Assembly: GCA_963749075.1 (NCBI GenBank)
Contig: CAVVLJ010000016.1
Coordinates: 512,001-576,000, forward strand
Source of the DNA: an uncultured Pseudomonadota bacterium
Lineage (GTDB): Bacteria; Pseudomonadota; Alphaproteobacteria; JACZXZ01
Direction: 5' to 3'
DNA: 64,000 nt
This document shows positions 19,683 through 30,696 of the stretch, one piece after another (position 1 is the first letter of the stretch; every line of letters starts with the position of its first letter). Position numbers and translations under genes: made by a program. Below the pieces are notes generated by a model. It searched no databases. It was given only the letters and a program-made list of their open reading frames with translations, and was not told the origin of the DNA.

Positions 19683-20282
19683 ATGCGGCGGCTTCTCTCA
19701 GGCGTGCTCGCGGCACTGGCGCTCGCGGCGCTCGGAGCCTGCACGGCGCCCCGGCAGGAGCTCGTGGTCGTGCTGCCCAACCCGGGCGGCGGCTCGGGCG
19801 CGGTCACCCTCATCGAGGGCGGCACCTCGGTCCTCCTCGATCAGCCCTATGCCGCGGGCGAGGTGCGCGGCGGCGCTGCCGCCGCCGCCGCCGTCGGTCC
19901 CAACGACGTGCAGCAGATCTTCGGCCAGGCGCTCGCCGCAAGGCCCATTCTGCCGCGCCATTTCCTCCTCTATTTCATCAGCGACACGGACAAGCTCACG
20001 CCCGCCTCGATCCCGCAATACCGCGAGGTCTTCGCGGACATCAAGCGCCGCCCGGCCTACGAGGTCGAGGTCATCGGCCATACCGATACCCTCGGCGACA
20101 AGAGCTACAACCAGGCGCTCTCGCTCAAGCGGGCAGAGGCCATCCGCGACCAGCTCGTGCGCGACGGGCTCAACGCCAAGGCCATCTCGGTCGCCGGGCG
20201 CGGCGAGCTCGACCTCGCGGTCAAGACCGCCGATCAGGTTTCCGAGCCGCGCAACCGCCGAGTCGAGATCACGGTGCGCTGA
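19683..20282 (+). CDS. OmpA-family peptidoglycan-binding lipoprotein
   Basis: Lipobox LGA-C; GHTD...YNQALSLKRA...NRRVEI. Confidence 0.9.
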   Translation: MRRLLSGVLAALALAALGACTAPRQELVVVLPNPGGGSGAVTLIEGGTSVLLDQPYAAGEVRGGAAAAAAVGPNDVQQIFGQALAARPILPRHFLLYFISDTDKLTPASIPQYREVFADIKRRPAYEVEVIGHTDTLGDKSYNQALSLKRAEAIRDQLVRDGLNAKAISVAGRGELDLAVKTADQVSEPRNRRVEITVR

Positions 20283-22446
20283 TCAGCCTTCGTTCTGCGC
20301 CGGGCCGATCCAGTGCACCGCGAGCATGGTGATGTCGTCGGCCGGCTCGGCTTCGGCGGCGAAGCCGCGGATCTCGTCGCGCACGCAGTCCACGATCGCC
20401 TTGGCGCCGATCTTCGGTGCTGCGGCCAGGACACGCTGGAGGCGCTCCGAGGTGAAGAGGGCGCCCGTGGGGTCCATGGCCTCGGTGACGCCGTCGGTAT
20501 AGAGGAGGACGAGATCGCCGGCCTCGAGCTGGTGGCGGCCGACGGTATAGGGAAAGCCGTCGACGGTGCCGAGCGGCGGCCCGCCCTCCGTCGTGAGATG
20601 GCGGGGAGGTGCTCCCTCGCTGAGGACGAAGGGCGCGTCGTGTCCGGCATTGGCATAGACGACCACGCCGGTCTCCAAATCGAGCACGGCCGCGAAGGCG
20701 GTCACGAACATCATGTTGCCGCCGTCGGCGGCCAAGTCGTTGCTGGCGGCGGCGATGCGCGCGTTCGCCTCGGCCAGCACGAGGTCGAGCGCCTCGCCCT
20801 GCCGCGCGGTCGCCGGGCGCAGCACGCCCATGCTCATCGCCATGAGAAGGGCTGCCGGCACGCCGTGGCCCGAGACGTCGGCGATGACGAAGAAGAGGCG
20901 CTGCCCGTCGAGCATCACGGCGTCGTAGAGGTCGCCTCCCACCATGACGGCCGGCTCGATCAGGGCGTGAATCTCGAACGTCGTGCCGCTCGGGCGGGCC
21001 GGGGAAGCGCCGCGGCACGAGCCCCATCTGGATGGCGCGCGCCGCATCGAGCTCGCCTTCGAGGCGCAATTTGCCGGCATGCTCCTGGGCCAGCTCGACG
21101 GCGAGGCGCCGGCGCGCCGCCTCGGCGACGCGCAGTCCGGCTCCCAGCATGACGGCGAAGGTCGCGATCGACGCCAGGGCCGGATAGAGGCCGTCGAGCA
21201 GCAGGTTGCCGAAGCGGAAGGCCGCGAACTCGGAGCCGAGCAGCAGCACCACGATCCCGATGAGCGCAGCACTCGCAAGCTGCGGCCGCCAGTAGGGCAC
21301 GAGGAAGATCGTCGCCAGGCCGCCGGCGGCCGCGAGCAGTATCTCGACGCGGCCGAGCAGCGGGAAGCGGCGGAGAAGGTCTCCCGCGAGCATGGATTCG
21401 GCAAGCTGCGCGTGCACGACGACGCCCGGCATCGGGCCGAGCGGGGTCTGCCATACGTCGCTCAGCGCGAGACCCGTCACGCCGAGCAGCACGATCTGCC
21501 CTTCGAGGCCGGCGGGATCGTAGCGCCCGTCGAGAAGCTCCGCCGCGGGAACGTAGCCGACCGTTTGCGACGGCCTGAAGTGCGGATAGGCACGGGCACG
21601 GCGGTCCGTCGGGAGAAAGAAGTTGCCGAGTGTCACACCCTCGACGCCGTCGGCCAACGTCACGACCTCGAGCGAGCGAAATCCGAGCGCCACGCGGAGC
21701 GCCTCGAGGGCAAAGGCCGGCACCAGGTGGCCCTCGCCCTCGACGACGAGCGGAATGCTCCGCACGACGCCGTCGAAATCGGGCTCCGCGACCAGAGCGC
21801 CGCGCCCTTGCTCCGCGGCGGTGATCTCCGGCAGGTCGCGCACGAGCGTGCTGTAGGTGAAGAGGAATTTCCCCGGGTCCCCGCCCCTCTGCCGGATCAT
21901 CGTGACAGAGCTCGGCCCTCTTGCCGCCGGCGCCGGTCCGTTGGTCGGCAGGAGCCCGAGGACGGTCGGCACCATGCGCAGCGCGTACGCGAGGGCGGCT
22001 TCGTTCGGCGGCAATTGCGCGAGCTCGTGGGCGATCGGCGCCGGTATCTCCGGCACCGCCTCGACCAGCCGCGACGGCGACAGGCGGTCCGGCTCGAGAA
22101 AGGCGATGTCGACCGCAAGGACGCGCGGGTGGCCGGCCGCGATCGCCCGCACCAGCCGCGCCACGAGCGTGCGCGGCCACGGCCATTGGCCGAACTGGCG
22201 CAGGCTCGTCTCGTCGATGGCGACGATGTGCACGGGCAAGGTCTCGGCCGGCCGCGGGCGGAGTCGCGCCTCGATGTCGAAGCCGCGCAGCCTGATCTCG
22301 CCGAGAATGGCCGGATCGATGAAGCGCAGGAGCACGACGAGCGCCAGCACCGCGAGCGCCGCCAGGCGTCCGGGTGCCGCGAGGCCGTCGCGCAGGCGTG
22401 CCAGCAGCCGTGCCGCGCGCCCCCAGCCCTTGCCCTCAGAGACCAA
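20283..22446 (-). CDS. CHASE2 sensor - 3 TM - PP2C/SpoIIE phosphatase, +1 frameshift at about 20977
   Basis: IVAIDETSL..FGQWPWPR, DFDGVVR, PGVVVHA (CHASE2); VGGDLYD, ADVSGHG, LYTDGVTEA, DDIT (PP2C). Joined by removing one A in GAACGTC (20976-20982). Confidence 0.88.
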
Positions 22447-23401
22447 TCTCGAGCCCGTCGTAAGCGGTGCTGACGATCACCTTGTGCTTGACCCGGCTGA
22501 TCTCCTCGTAGCGGCGCGTCTCGGCGAGGATGGTCTCGATCGCGCGGTCGTCGAAGGCCGGCTCGTGGTGGTAGAGCACGAGGTGCTTGACCCGGGCGAG
22601 CTGTGCCAGCTCGACCGCGATCATGTTGCTCGAGTGGCCCCAGTCCTCCTTGACCGAGACCACGTCGGCAAGCGAGTACATGGCATCGAAGATCAGGAGG
22701 TCGGCATCGCGGTAGAAGCCGATGAAGGGGTAGCTCTCGTCGAGCACGTCGAACTTGTGCTCGCAGTCCGTCGAATAGACGACGCTCTTGCCCGCCTTCG
22801 AGAAGCGGTAGCCGTAGGAATCGCCGGCGTGGCGCTGCAGGAGCGCCCTGACCGAGAGCCCGGCGATCTCGTAGTCGCGCCCGGGCTCGAGCTCGACGAA
22901 CTCGATGGTCGCCCCGAGGGCGCTGAAATGCACGGGAAAGCACGGGTCCGATTGCTGGCGCAGGAGCGCCTCGCGCAGCACCTTGTGGCAGCCGTGGATG
23001 CGGATGACGTTGCCGGGAATATAGGCCGGCGTGAAGAACGGGAACCCCATGATGTGGTCCCAATGCACGTGGGAGAGGAAGACGTTGAAGCGGTGCTTGC
23101 GCGCCGGCCCGTGCTCGCCGAGCACGCGGTTGCCGAACTCGCGCACGCCGGTGCCGAGGTCGCAGAGCACGTACTCCTGGCCGCCGACGATCTCGACGCA
23201 GCTCGAATTGCCGCCGAAGGTGCCGCCGATCGAGAAGGGCAGCTCGCGCTCGATGAAGGCGTCGATCGCAGCCGGCCCGTCGAGGTGGCGGCCGCGCGCC
23301 GCGAGCAGCGCCTCGCGGAGCTTGTTGCGGAACGCCTGGTTGGTGAGCGGCGTCGGCAGCGAGCCGCGGGTGCCCCAGAAGCGGATCAGCATGGCCGTCA
23401 A
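22436..23401 (-). CDS. MBL-fold metallo-hydrolase (phosphodiesterase-like)
   Basis: FWGTRGS, SHVHWDH (HxHxDH), TDCEH, WGHS, HHEP. Start may be 23392. Confidence 0.88.
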   Translation of the reverse strand: MTAMLIRFWGTRGSLPTPLTNQAFRNKLREALLAARGRHLDGPAAIDAFIERELPFSIGGTFGGNSSCVEIVGGQEYVLCDLGTGVREFGNRVLGEHGPARKHRFNVFLSHVHWDHIMGFPFFTPAYIPGNVIRIHGCHKVLREALLRQQSDPCFPVHFSALGATIEFVELEPGRDYEIAGLSVRALLQRHAGDSYGYRFSKAGKSVVYSTDCEHKFDVLDESYPFIGFYRDADLLIFDAMYSLADVVSVKEDWGHSSNMIAVELAQLARVKHLVLYHHEPAFDDRAIETILAETRRYEEISRVKHKVIVSTAYDGLEIGL

Positions 23402-23760
23402 CCCTTGTGCTGCGCCCCGTCCGGCGCACCGAGCGCCAGCATCGCCTCGGCCGGAGTCTCGAACACCCGCACGACGTAGGAGAAGCGGCTGATCGCGAAG
23501 ATCTCCCTGACCACCGGCCGCAGCCCGGTCACGGCCAGTCGGCCGCCCTTCGCCTTCGATTGCCGGGCTCCCGCCATGAGGGCGCGCAGGCCGGCACTCG
23601 ACATGTACTCCACCCCGGCCAGGTCGACCAGCACGGCGGCACCCTCGGCACCGACGGCGGCGAGCAGCCTGCTCTGGAAGTCCGGGCTGGTGTCGTTGTC
23701 GACGCGGCCCTCCGGGCTCAGCACCACCACGCCGCTCTGCCGCCGCTCAGCGATCTCCAC
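23398..23760 (-). CDS. STAS domain anti-sigma factor antagonist (RsbV-like)
   Basis: GRVD, VDLAGVEYMSSAGLRAL with the conserved phospho-acceptor Ser region. Confidence 0.9.
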   Translation of the reverse strand: MEIAERRQSGVVVLSPEGRVDNDTSPDFQSRLLAAVGAEGAAVLVDLAGVEYMSSAGLRALMAGARQSKAKGGRLAVTGLRPVVREIFAISRFSYVVRVFETPAEAMLALGAPDGAQHKG

Positions 23761-23940
23761 GGCCTCCCCCTCGGCACTTTGCCCCGGCGCACCCCTGGGC
23801 GCATCTCCGGCCGGCCAATTCTCGACGGTTCTTCGGTCTTATACAAGCGCGCGGCTCAGATTTCGGCGGGCTCGCCACAGCAGCCCCGGGCGGCGGAGGG
23901 GTGCCGCCGGGGGTGCTTGCATCGCGCTGGCGCGGCGCCG

Positions 23941-25185
23941 TTATTTCCAGCCCTTCATCGGCCATTCGAGCTTGGCGGTCGCCCACTTCTGCGGCCAGAC
24001 CGCCTTGTATTCGCTGCCTTGCAGCTGGATGAGATAGGTCGCCGCGAGGGTGTTCTGGCCGCTCGTGTCGAACTTGACGCCGCGGTAGCCGATCATGAGC
24101 TGCCCGGGCTTGAGATCGGTCGCCGCGAGGGCCTTCTGGATCTTATCGGGCGCCGTCGAGCCGGCGCGGTTGATGGCGTCCGCCAAGACGAGGAAGCCCT
24201 GCATCCAGCGCGCGCTGGTGTCGTCCATCTCGCGGCCGGTCTTCGCCTTGTACATCTCGTTGATGCGGTAGCTGGCGCTGCCGGGCTTGCCGACCGACCA
24301 GGCGCTGCGGTTCATGACGCCTTGCACGATGCTGCCGACCGCGGGCACGAAGGACGGATCGGAGAAGCCGGCATCGTCGCCGATGATCATTGGCGGCAGG
24401 TAGCCGAGCTCCTTCATCGTCTTCATGTAGAGGATGGCGTCCGAGGTGTAGCTCACGAAGATCACCACGTCGGGGTTCTTCTCCTTGAGCTGCAGGACCT
24501 GCGCGGATACGTCGGCGCCGTTGGCGTTGTACGGTATCTGAGCCGCCACGTTGAGGCCGACCCGCTTCGCCGCCTCGAGAATGCTGCCGGCGACGGAGGT
24601 GCCGTAGTCGGTGTTCTCGTTGACCACCGCGATGCTGTCGATCTTCCTCCCCTCATGCTTGAGCTCGCTCAGGAACTCGGTATAGGCCTTGGCGAAGTCG
24701 CTGGCGATCGGCCCCGTGCGGAAGACCCACTTGAAGCCGCGCTGGGTGATGTTGAGCGCCACCGAATCGGCGACCAGGAACGGAATGCCGTAGCGCTCGG
24801 AGGCCGCCGTCGCGGTCAGCGCCACCGACGAGTGATAGGCGCCGAGCATCGCCACCACATGCTCCTGGGTGATCAGGCGGACGGTCTCGCTCTGGCCGAC
24901 CACCGGATTGCCCTGGTGGTCGACGCTGATGAGCTCGATCTTGGCGCCGCCGAGCGCGGGCAGCCCGGCCGCGGGTCCGAGCGGGATGGTTGCGAGCTCC
25001 GGATGCGCCTCGTTGACGATCGCGGCGCCGACCTCGACGGCGTCCTTGGCGGCCTTGCCGGCCGCGGCGGCATTGCCGGTGAGCGGGTAGATGACGCCGA
25101 TCTTGACCGCATCCGCGGCATGCGCAGGTGCGGCGAGCGCTGCTGCGGCAAATGCCGCGGCCACGATGCGAGCTCTCATCCTCAT
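23941..25185 (-). CDS. Branched-chain amino acid-type ABC substrate-binding protein
   Basis: Signal peptide; VKIGVIYPLTG; GAYHSSV; ENTDYG. Confidence 0.9.
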   Translation of the reverse strand: MRMRARIVAAAFAAAALAAPAHAADAVKIGVIYPLTGNAAAAGKAAKDAVEVGAAIVNEAHPELATIPLGPAAGLPALGGAKIELISVDHQGNPVVGQSETVRLITQEHVVAMLGAYHSSVALTATAASERYGIPFLVADSVALNITQRGFKWVFRTGPIASDFAKAYTEFLSELKHEGRKIDSIAVVNENTDYGTSVAGSILEAAKRVGLNVAAQIPYNANGADVSAQVLQLKEKNPDVVIFVSYTSDAILYMKTMKELGYLPPMIIGDDAGFSDPSFVPAVGSIVQGVMNRSAWSVGKPGSASYRINEMYKAKTGREMDDTSARWMQGFLVLADAINRAGSTAPDKIQKALAATDLKPGQLMIGYRGVKFDTSGQNTLAATYLIQLQGSEYKAVWPQKWATAKLEWPMKGWK

Positions 25186-25336
25186 GCGATCCTCCCTGTC
25201 GTCCGGCTTTGTGCGGGTTATGGCCTCCGAGGCCTGCCTTGCGGCCTTGCCGGATCGCGCGAGCTTAACGGGATTCGGCCTCCCCGGCCATAGCGCAGCC
25301 GGAGCGGAGCCGAGCGCAGCGGGAGCTCGACCCGCC

Positions 25337-28105
25337 TCAGCCGCTGTTGCGCAATCCCGCGGCGAGTCCGTTGATGGTGAGCCGGATGCCTTCCAAGACC
25401 CGCTCGTCGCCATCGCCGGCGCGGTGGCGCTTCAGGAGCTCGATCTGCACGTGGTTCAAGGGATCGAGGTAGGGAAAGCGGTTGCGGATGGAGCGTGCCA
25501 GGAGCGGATTGCGCTCGAGGAGCGTCTTTTGCTCCATGACGTCCAAGAGGCCATCGACCGCGTCCTGCCACTCGGCGCGCAGCCGCGGAAAGACCGCCTC
25601 GCTGAGCGCCGCGTCGCCGACGAGCTCCGCATAGCGCGAGGCGATCGCGATGTCGCTCTTGGCCAGCACCATGTCCATGTTGGAGAGGAGGCTCTGGAAG
25701 AACGGCCACTCGCGATACATGGCCCGCAGCATGGCGAGGCCGTCGTGCGGACGGGCGGCGCACCAGGCCTTCACCGCGGCGCCGAAGCCGTACCAGCCCG
25801 GCAGCATGAGCCGGCACTGGGCCCAGCCGAAGACCCAGGGGATCGCCCTCAGGTCCTCGATGCGCGTCGATTTCCGCCGCGAGGCGGGCCGGCTGCCGAT
25901 ATGGAGGTTGGCGATCTCGCCGACGACGGTCGTCTCCCAGAAGTAGCGCTCGAAGCCGGGCGTCTCGTAGACCAGGCCGCGATAGCTCCTGTAGGCGTGG
26001 GCCGAGAGCTCCTCCATCGCGGCGAGATAGGCCTCGCGGGGGGCGGCTTCGCGAGGCTGCAGCAGTGTCGCCTCGAGGGTCGCGGCGGCGAGTATCTCGA
26101 GATTGCGCCGGCCCACTTCGGGGTTGCCGTATTTCGCGGCGATCACCTCGCCCTGCTCGGTGATGCGGATGGCGCCCTCGACGGCACCGCCCGGCTGCGC
26201 GAGGATCGCCTGGTAGCTCGGGCCGCCGCCGCGCCCGACCGAGCCGCCGCGGCCGTGGAAGAGACGCAGCCTCACGCCGCGGCGCCGGAACGCCTCGATC
26301 AACGCGATCTCCGCCTTGTAGAGCTCCCAGCCGGAGGTGAGGAAGCCGCCGTCCTTGTTGCTGTCGGAGTAGCCGAGCATCACCTCCTGAGCGTTTCCGC
26401 GGCTGCCGAGGAGGCGCCGGTATGCGGGGAGTGCCAAGAGCTCGTCCATCAGCCGGGCGCAGTTGCGCAAATCATCGATGGTCTCGAAGAGCGGCACGAT
26501 GTTCACGTCGAGCTCGCCCGCGTGGGGCCTGAGGAGACCGGTCTCCTTGAGCAGCAGCGCCACCTCGAGCACGTCGGAAACGCTGTCGGCCTTGGAGATG
26601 ACGCAATTGGGCACCGCCGCCTTGCCGTATTGGCGCAGCGCCTCGGCGGCGGCGCGGAAGATCGCCAGCTCCGAGGCGGTCTCCGCCGAATAGGCGAGGA
26701 AGGGCGAGGCGAGGGGGCGAGGCGTCTCGAGCTCTTCGAGGAGGAGGGCCGTGCGCCCTGCCTCGGCGAGCTTGCCATAGGCCGTGCCCGGCCGCGTGCT
26801 CTCGAAGAGCTCGCCCACCGTACGCTCGTGCACGTCCGAATTCTGCCTCAGATCGATGCCCGCCAAGTGGAATCCGAAGACGTTGACCGCGCGGCGCAAG
26901 CTGCGCAGCCGGCCGCGCGCCAGCGCCGCCGATCCGTTGGCGGCAAGCGAGCGGCCGATGACGTCGAGGTCGGCGCGCAATTCGCCGGCCTCGCCATAGG
27001 GCGGCGCCTCGCCCACCGCATGGCGTGCCACCTCGAGCTGGTCGAGCGTGCGTGCGGTCGCGGCAAGCCGCGCATAGAGGCCGGCGATGGCGCGCCGGTA
27101 GGGTTCCTCGCGGCGGTGTGCCGAGGTATCGGGCGAGCGCGCGGCCAAGGCCTCGAGCTCGCCGGATACCTCGACAAGGCGCCCGTCGAGCGAAAGCTCG
27201 CCGCCCAGGAGGTGCAGCTCCTCGAGATAGAAGCTCAAGGCGCGCCCGCTCTGGAGACGCAGCGCCTGCTTGAGCGCCCCGGCCGTGACGAAGGGATTAC
27301 CGTCCCGGTCGCCGCCGATCCAGCTTCCCATGCGGAGGAAGGAGGGCAGCTCCATGCCGGCGCACGCCGGCTCGGCGGCGGCGAGCTGGTCCTCCAGTGC
27401 CGCATAGAAGCGCGGCAGCTCGCTCAAGAAGGTCTGGTCGTAATGGGAGAGGGCGTTCGCCACCTCGTCGGCGACGGCGAGCTCGCTGCGGCGGAGGATG
27501 CTGGTCTGCCAGAGCGTGAGCACGGCGCGGCGCAACGCCTCCTCGACCGCCGCTTCCTCCTCCGGCGTGAGCGCTCCGCGGTCGCGCGCCTCGAGCAGCC
27601 GCGCCACCTCCATCTCGCGCTCGATGGTGCTCTTGCGCCGCACCTCGGTCGGGTGGGCGGTGAGGACGGGGCTGACCAGGGCGTCTCTGAAAAACGCCGC
27701 GAGCCGGTCGGGTGGAATCGCCGCTTCGCGGGCGCGGGCGAGCGCGTGGGCGATGCTGCCTTCGCGCGGCGCCGAGGCGAGGAGCGCGTGGGCGCGCGTG
27801 CGGCGGATGTGATGGCGGTCCTCGGCGATGTTGGCCAGGTGCGAGAAGTAGCTGAAGGCGCGGATGATCCGGATGGTCTCGCCGGGCGGCAGGCTGTTCA
27901 GCACCAGGGCAAGCTCGTGGCGAGCCGTCTCATCCTCGTCGCGGCGGAAGCGCACCGAGGTCCGGCGGATGCGCTCGACGGTCGCGAAGACCGCCTCGCC
28001 CTCCTGCTCGCGCACCGTGTCGCCGAGGATGCGCCCGAGCAGGCGGATGTCGTCGCGCAGCGGCAGGTCCTTGTCGGGGACCTCGTGCGGACTGAGCGCC
28101 GTCAT
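25337..28105 (-). CDS. ppc: Phosphoenolpyruvate carboxylase
   Basis: [49 protein letters not shown], terminal RNSG. Confidence 0.97.
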   Translation of the reverse strand: MTALSPHEVPDKDLPLRDDIRLLGRILGDTVREQEGEAVFATVERIRRTSVRFRRDEDETARHELALVLNSLPPGETIRIIRAFSYFSHLANIAEDRHHIRRTRAHALLASAPREGSIAHALARAREAAIPPDRLAAFFRDALVSPVLTAHPTEVRRKSTIEREMEVARLLEARDRGALTPEEEAAVEEALRRAVLTLWQTSILRRSELAVADEVANALSHYDQTFLSELPRFYAALEDQLAAAEPACAGMELPSFLRMGSWIGGDRDGNPFVTAGALKQALRLQSGRALSFYLEELHLLGGELSLDGRLVEVSGELEALAARSPDTSAHRREEPYRRAIAGLYARLAATARTLDQLEVARHAVGEAPPYGEAGELRADLDVIGRSLAANGSAALARGRLRSLRRAVNVFGFHLAGIDLRQNSDVHERTVGELFESTRPGTAYGKLAEAGRTALLLEELETPRPLASPFLAYSAETASELAIFRAAAEALRQYGKAAVPNCVISKADSVSDVLEVALLLKETGLLRPHAGELDVNIVPLFETIDDLRNCARLMDELLALPAYRRLLGSRGNAQEVMLGYSDSNKDGGFLTSGWELYKAEIALIEAFRRRGVRLRLFHGRGGSVGRGGGPSYQAILAQPGGAVEGAIRITEQGEVIAAKYGNPEVGRRNLEILAAATLEATLLQPREAAPREAYLAAMEELSAHAYRSYRGLVYETPGFERYFWETTVVGEIANLHIGSRPASRRKSTRIEDLRAIPWVFGWAQCRLMLPGWYGFGAAVKAWCAARPHDGLAMLRAMYREWPFFQSLLSNMDMVLAKSDIAIASRYAELVGDAALSEAVFPRLRAEWQDAVDGLLDVMEQKTLLERNPLLARSIRNRFPYLDPLNHVQIELLKRHRAGDGDERVLEGIRLTINGLAAGLRNSG

Positions 28106-28332
28106 GACTCGCACGCGTCCGCCGCGGCCGCGCGGCATGCGCGGCACGGCGCTGCGCTTAAGCGGTTGACGGCCTTGCGAAGAACGATGAGCATGACCCC
28201 CTCGTCGACGAGTGTTGCATGGGGTCGCCGGAGCGGCCAACCGAATATTGGCAAAGCGCCTCGGGAGTGCCCAATGCTCCTCGTCCGCAGCCGTTCGGCG
28301 CGCGCCGCGCTCGACAAGGGGAGTGATGCCCG

Positions 28333-29091
28333 ATGCCGCGTCTTAGCGATTTCACCACGCTCACCTTCGACTGCTACGGCACGCTCATCGATTGGGAGCG
28401 CGGCATCTTGGCCGAGCTCAGGCCCTGGGCGGCGCGGCACGGCTTGGCGGTCGGCGACGACGCCTTGCTCGAGGCGTTCGGCGCCGCCGAATCCCGCGCC
28501 GAGGCGGAGACCCCGGGAAAGCTCTACCCCGCGATCCTCGCGGACGTGCTGCAGGTGCTTGCCCGGCAGTGGTCCGTGCCGACGGATGACGCGGAGGCGG
28601 CGGCCTTCGGCGGCTCGGTCGGGCGCTGGCCGGCCTTTGCCGACAGTCCGGCGGCGCTGCAATATTTGAAGCGCCACTACAAGCTCGTCATCGTCTCGAA
28701 CGTGGACCGCGCCTCCTTCGCCGAGAGCCGCGAGCGGCTCGGCGTCGCCTTCGACCGCGTCATCACGGCGGAGGACGTGGGCTCCTACAAGCCGGACCTG
28801 CGCAATTTCGAGTACGCGCTCAATGACATCAAGGAGGCCCTCGGCGTCGAGCCGCACGAGGTGCTGCACACGGCGCAGAGCATCTACCACGACATCGTGC
28901 CGGCGAAATCGCTCGGCCTCGCCACCATGTGGATCAACCGGCGCAAGGGCCGCGGCGGCTGGGGTGCCACGCCGGCGCCCGGCGGCGGCGGCCGCGCGGC
29001 AAAACCGGATTTCGAGGCCGCCAGCCTTGCGGATTTCGTGGTACTCCACGAGTTGCGCGAGGCCACGCCGCCGCGCGGGAGCGGCCCGTGA
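28333..29091 (+). CDS. HAD-superfamily hydrolase (haloacid dehalogenase type II-like)
   Basis: [31 protein letters not shown]. Confidence 0.88.
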   Translation: MPRLSDFTTLTFDCYGTLIDWERGILAELRPWAARHGLAVGDDALLEAFGAAESRAEAETPGKLYPAILADVLQVLARQWSVPTDDAEAAAFGGSVGRWPAFADSPAALQYLKRHYKLVIVSNVDRASFAESRERLGVAFDRVITAEDVGSYKPDLRNFEYALNDIKEALGVEPHEVLHTAQSIYHDIVPAKSLGLATMWINRRKGRGGWGATPAPGGGGRAAKPDFEAASLADFVVLHELREATPPRGSGP

Positions 29092-29711
29092 GCACCTTTG
29101 CACCCGCGTTGGCGCCGGCGCTGGCACTCGCTTTCTTCCCGCTCGCGGCATGGGCGGAGGCGAAACCGCTCCTCGAGAAGATCGAGGCTGTCACCTTTTC
29201 GGCCGAGCTCAGCGATAGCGAGGCGAAGGATTGTCCGGTCGACCTCAAGGACGTGGCGTCGACGATCAAGTTCTACGGCGGCCAGTCGCGGCTGCGCTGG
29301 TACGACCTCGACGAGGCACGCGCGCGATTGCGCAACGCGCCGGCCGGCGAGAAAGAGCCGCCGCCGCCCTCCCTTTCGGCCGACCAGCGCGCGTGGGACG
29401 GCTGGCTCGCGGGGCGCGAGGCCCTGCAGCGCGAGCACGACCGCAAGTTCGCCCTCCCGCTCTTCGAGCTCACCGTCTATCCGACGCGCTCGGGCGGCGA
29501 CTGCACGGCCTTCGTCCACGTGGGCGTCAGCGCCCCCTTGCGCGGCGCGCACATCGCCGAGACCGGCGTCTCCTTCAACGGCAGCGCCGAGATCTGGGAC
29601 AAATATTACTATCTCAAAGGCACTGCCGACTCCTTCGCCGGCCAGGTCAAGGAGGCGGCGGAGCGCGCGGTGCGCGATTTCGTGAACGACTGGAACGACA
29701 GCAATCGCTGA
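29088..29711 (+). CDS. Hypothetical exported protein
   Basis: GTGA overlap with the HAD gene; signal peptide ending AWA-EA; two Cys. Confidence 0.6.
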   Translation: MSTFAPALAPALALAFFPLAAWAEAKPLLEKIEAVTFSAELSDSEAKDCPVDLKDVASTIKFYGGQSRLRWYDLDEARARLRNAPAGEKEPPPPSLSADQRAWDGWLAGREALQREHDRKFALPLFELTVYPTRSGGDCTAFVHVGVSAPLRGAHIAETGVSFNGSAEIWDKYYYLKGTADSFAGQVKEAAERAVRDFVNDWNDSNR

Positions 29712-29763
29712 GGCCCCGAGGGCCGCGGCCCGAAGCGCCGAGGCGAGGGCGGGAAGGAGAGCC

Positions 29764-30696
29764 GTGCAATTGGCGGCGGCGACGCGGGGCTTCGGCGTGC
29801 CCGCGGGTTCCTTCTCGGCCGAGGTCGCGGCGGTCTATCGCGGCGCCTGTCTCATGGCGCTCGACGACGGCGCGCTCGTGACGCTCGCCGTCCGTGAGCT
29901 CGGCAGCCTGCCGCACGGCTTTTCCCTCAAGCGCGCGCGCGGCTTCGACTTCAGGGGCAGGCTCCTTCGCGGCATGCCCGCGAGTGCCAGAGGCGGCGTG
30001 CTGCGCTTTGCCGGCTCGGCGCTTGCCGTCGACCTCCGCCCGGCGCGCCCATGGCGGAGCAACCTTGCCGGCCTCGGCTTGACGCTCGACCATGCGGCGC
30101 AACAGGGTGCCTGGCAGGCCGCCCACGACGAGCTCGCGCGCGACGGACGAGCCGCGGACTTCGCCGTGGCTGCCGGGCAGCAGATCGCGGAGCTCTCGGC
30201 CACGGCCCGCGCGCTCGACGCCGGACGCACCATGGCGGCCGCCGGCCGCCTCATCGGCCTGGGCAAGGGCTCGACGCCCGCGGGCGACGATTTGCTCGTG
30301 GGCTTCCTTGCCGGCCTGTGGGCGAGCGCCGCTGCGGAACCCGCGCGCAGCACCTTCCTCTCGAGGCTCCACGGTCCGCTCGGCGAGGCGGCGGCGCGCA
30401 CCAGCCGCTTGAGCCGCCTCTATCTCATGGCGGCGGCGGCGGGCGAGGTGTCGGAGCGCCTGACGCGCTTAGCTGCGGCCGTGGCCGCGGGCGCCGCCGA
30501 GCCGCTCGCGCGCGCTCGCACGCGCCGGGCGCTCGCCGTCGGCCACAGCTCGGGCGCCTCGGGCGTGCTCGGCTTCCTCGCGGCGAGTGCCGCCTTCTCG
30601 CCCGCCGCTATGCTGCGTCTCGGCCTGGCACCTTACGTCGCCGCTGCCTCCTCGCGCATGCCGACCACCAGGCAGATTAGGCCGAGCAGCACGTAG
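29764..30696 (+). CDS. DUF2877 (YlbF/AllH-like) protein
   Basis: LIGLGKGSTPAGDDLLVG, RTSRLS, VGHSSG motifs. Confidence 0.8.
   Translation: MQLAAATRGFGVPAGSFSAEVAAVYRGACLMALDDGALVTLAVRELGSLPHGFSLKRARGFDFRGRLLRGMPASARGGVLRFAGSALAVDLRPARPWRSNLAGLGLTLDHAAQQGAWQAAHDELARDGRAADFAVAAGQQIAELSATARALDAGRTMAAAGRLIGLGKGSTPAGDDLLVGFLAGLWASAAAEPARSTFLSRLHGPLGEAAARTSRLSRLYLMAAAAGEVSERLTRLAAAVAAGAAEPLARARTRRALAVGHSSGASGVLGFLAASAAFSPAAMLRLGLAPYVAAASSRMPTTRQIRPSST

Noticed and set aside
13789-22446. Pseudogenisation of the 2Fe-2S, ThDP and CHASE2 genes
   Set aside because: Single identical-type lesions with all catalytic motifs intact and no other decay; sequencing error is more parsimonious.
30633-30696. 64-bp convergent overlap of DUF2877 and permease as a tenth frameshift
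   Set aside because: No GA...TC palindrome lesion was seen near the DUF2877 3' end; likely a natural run-on.
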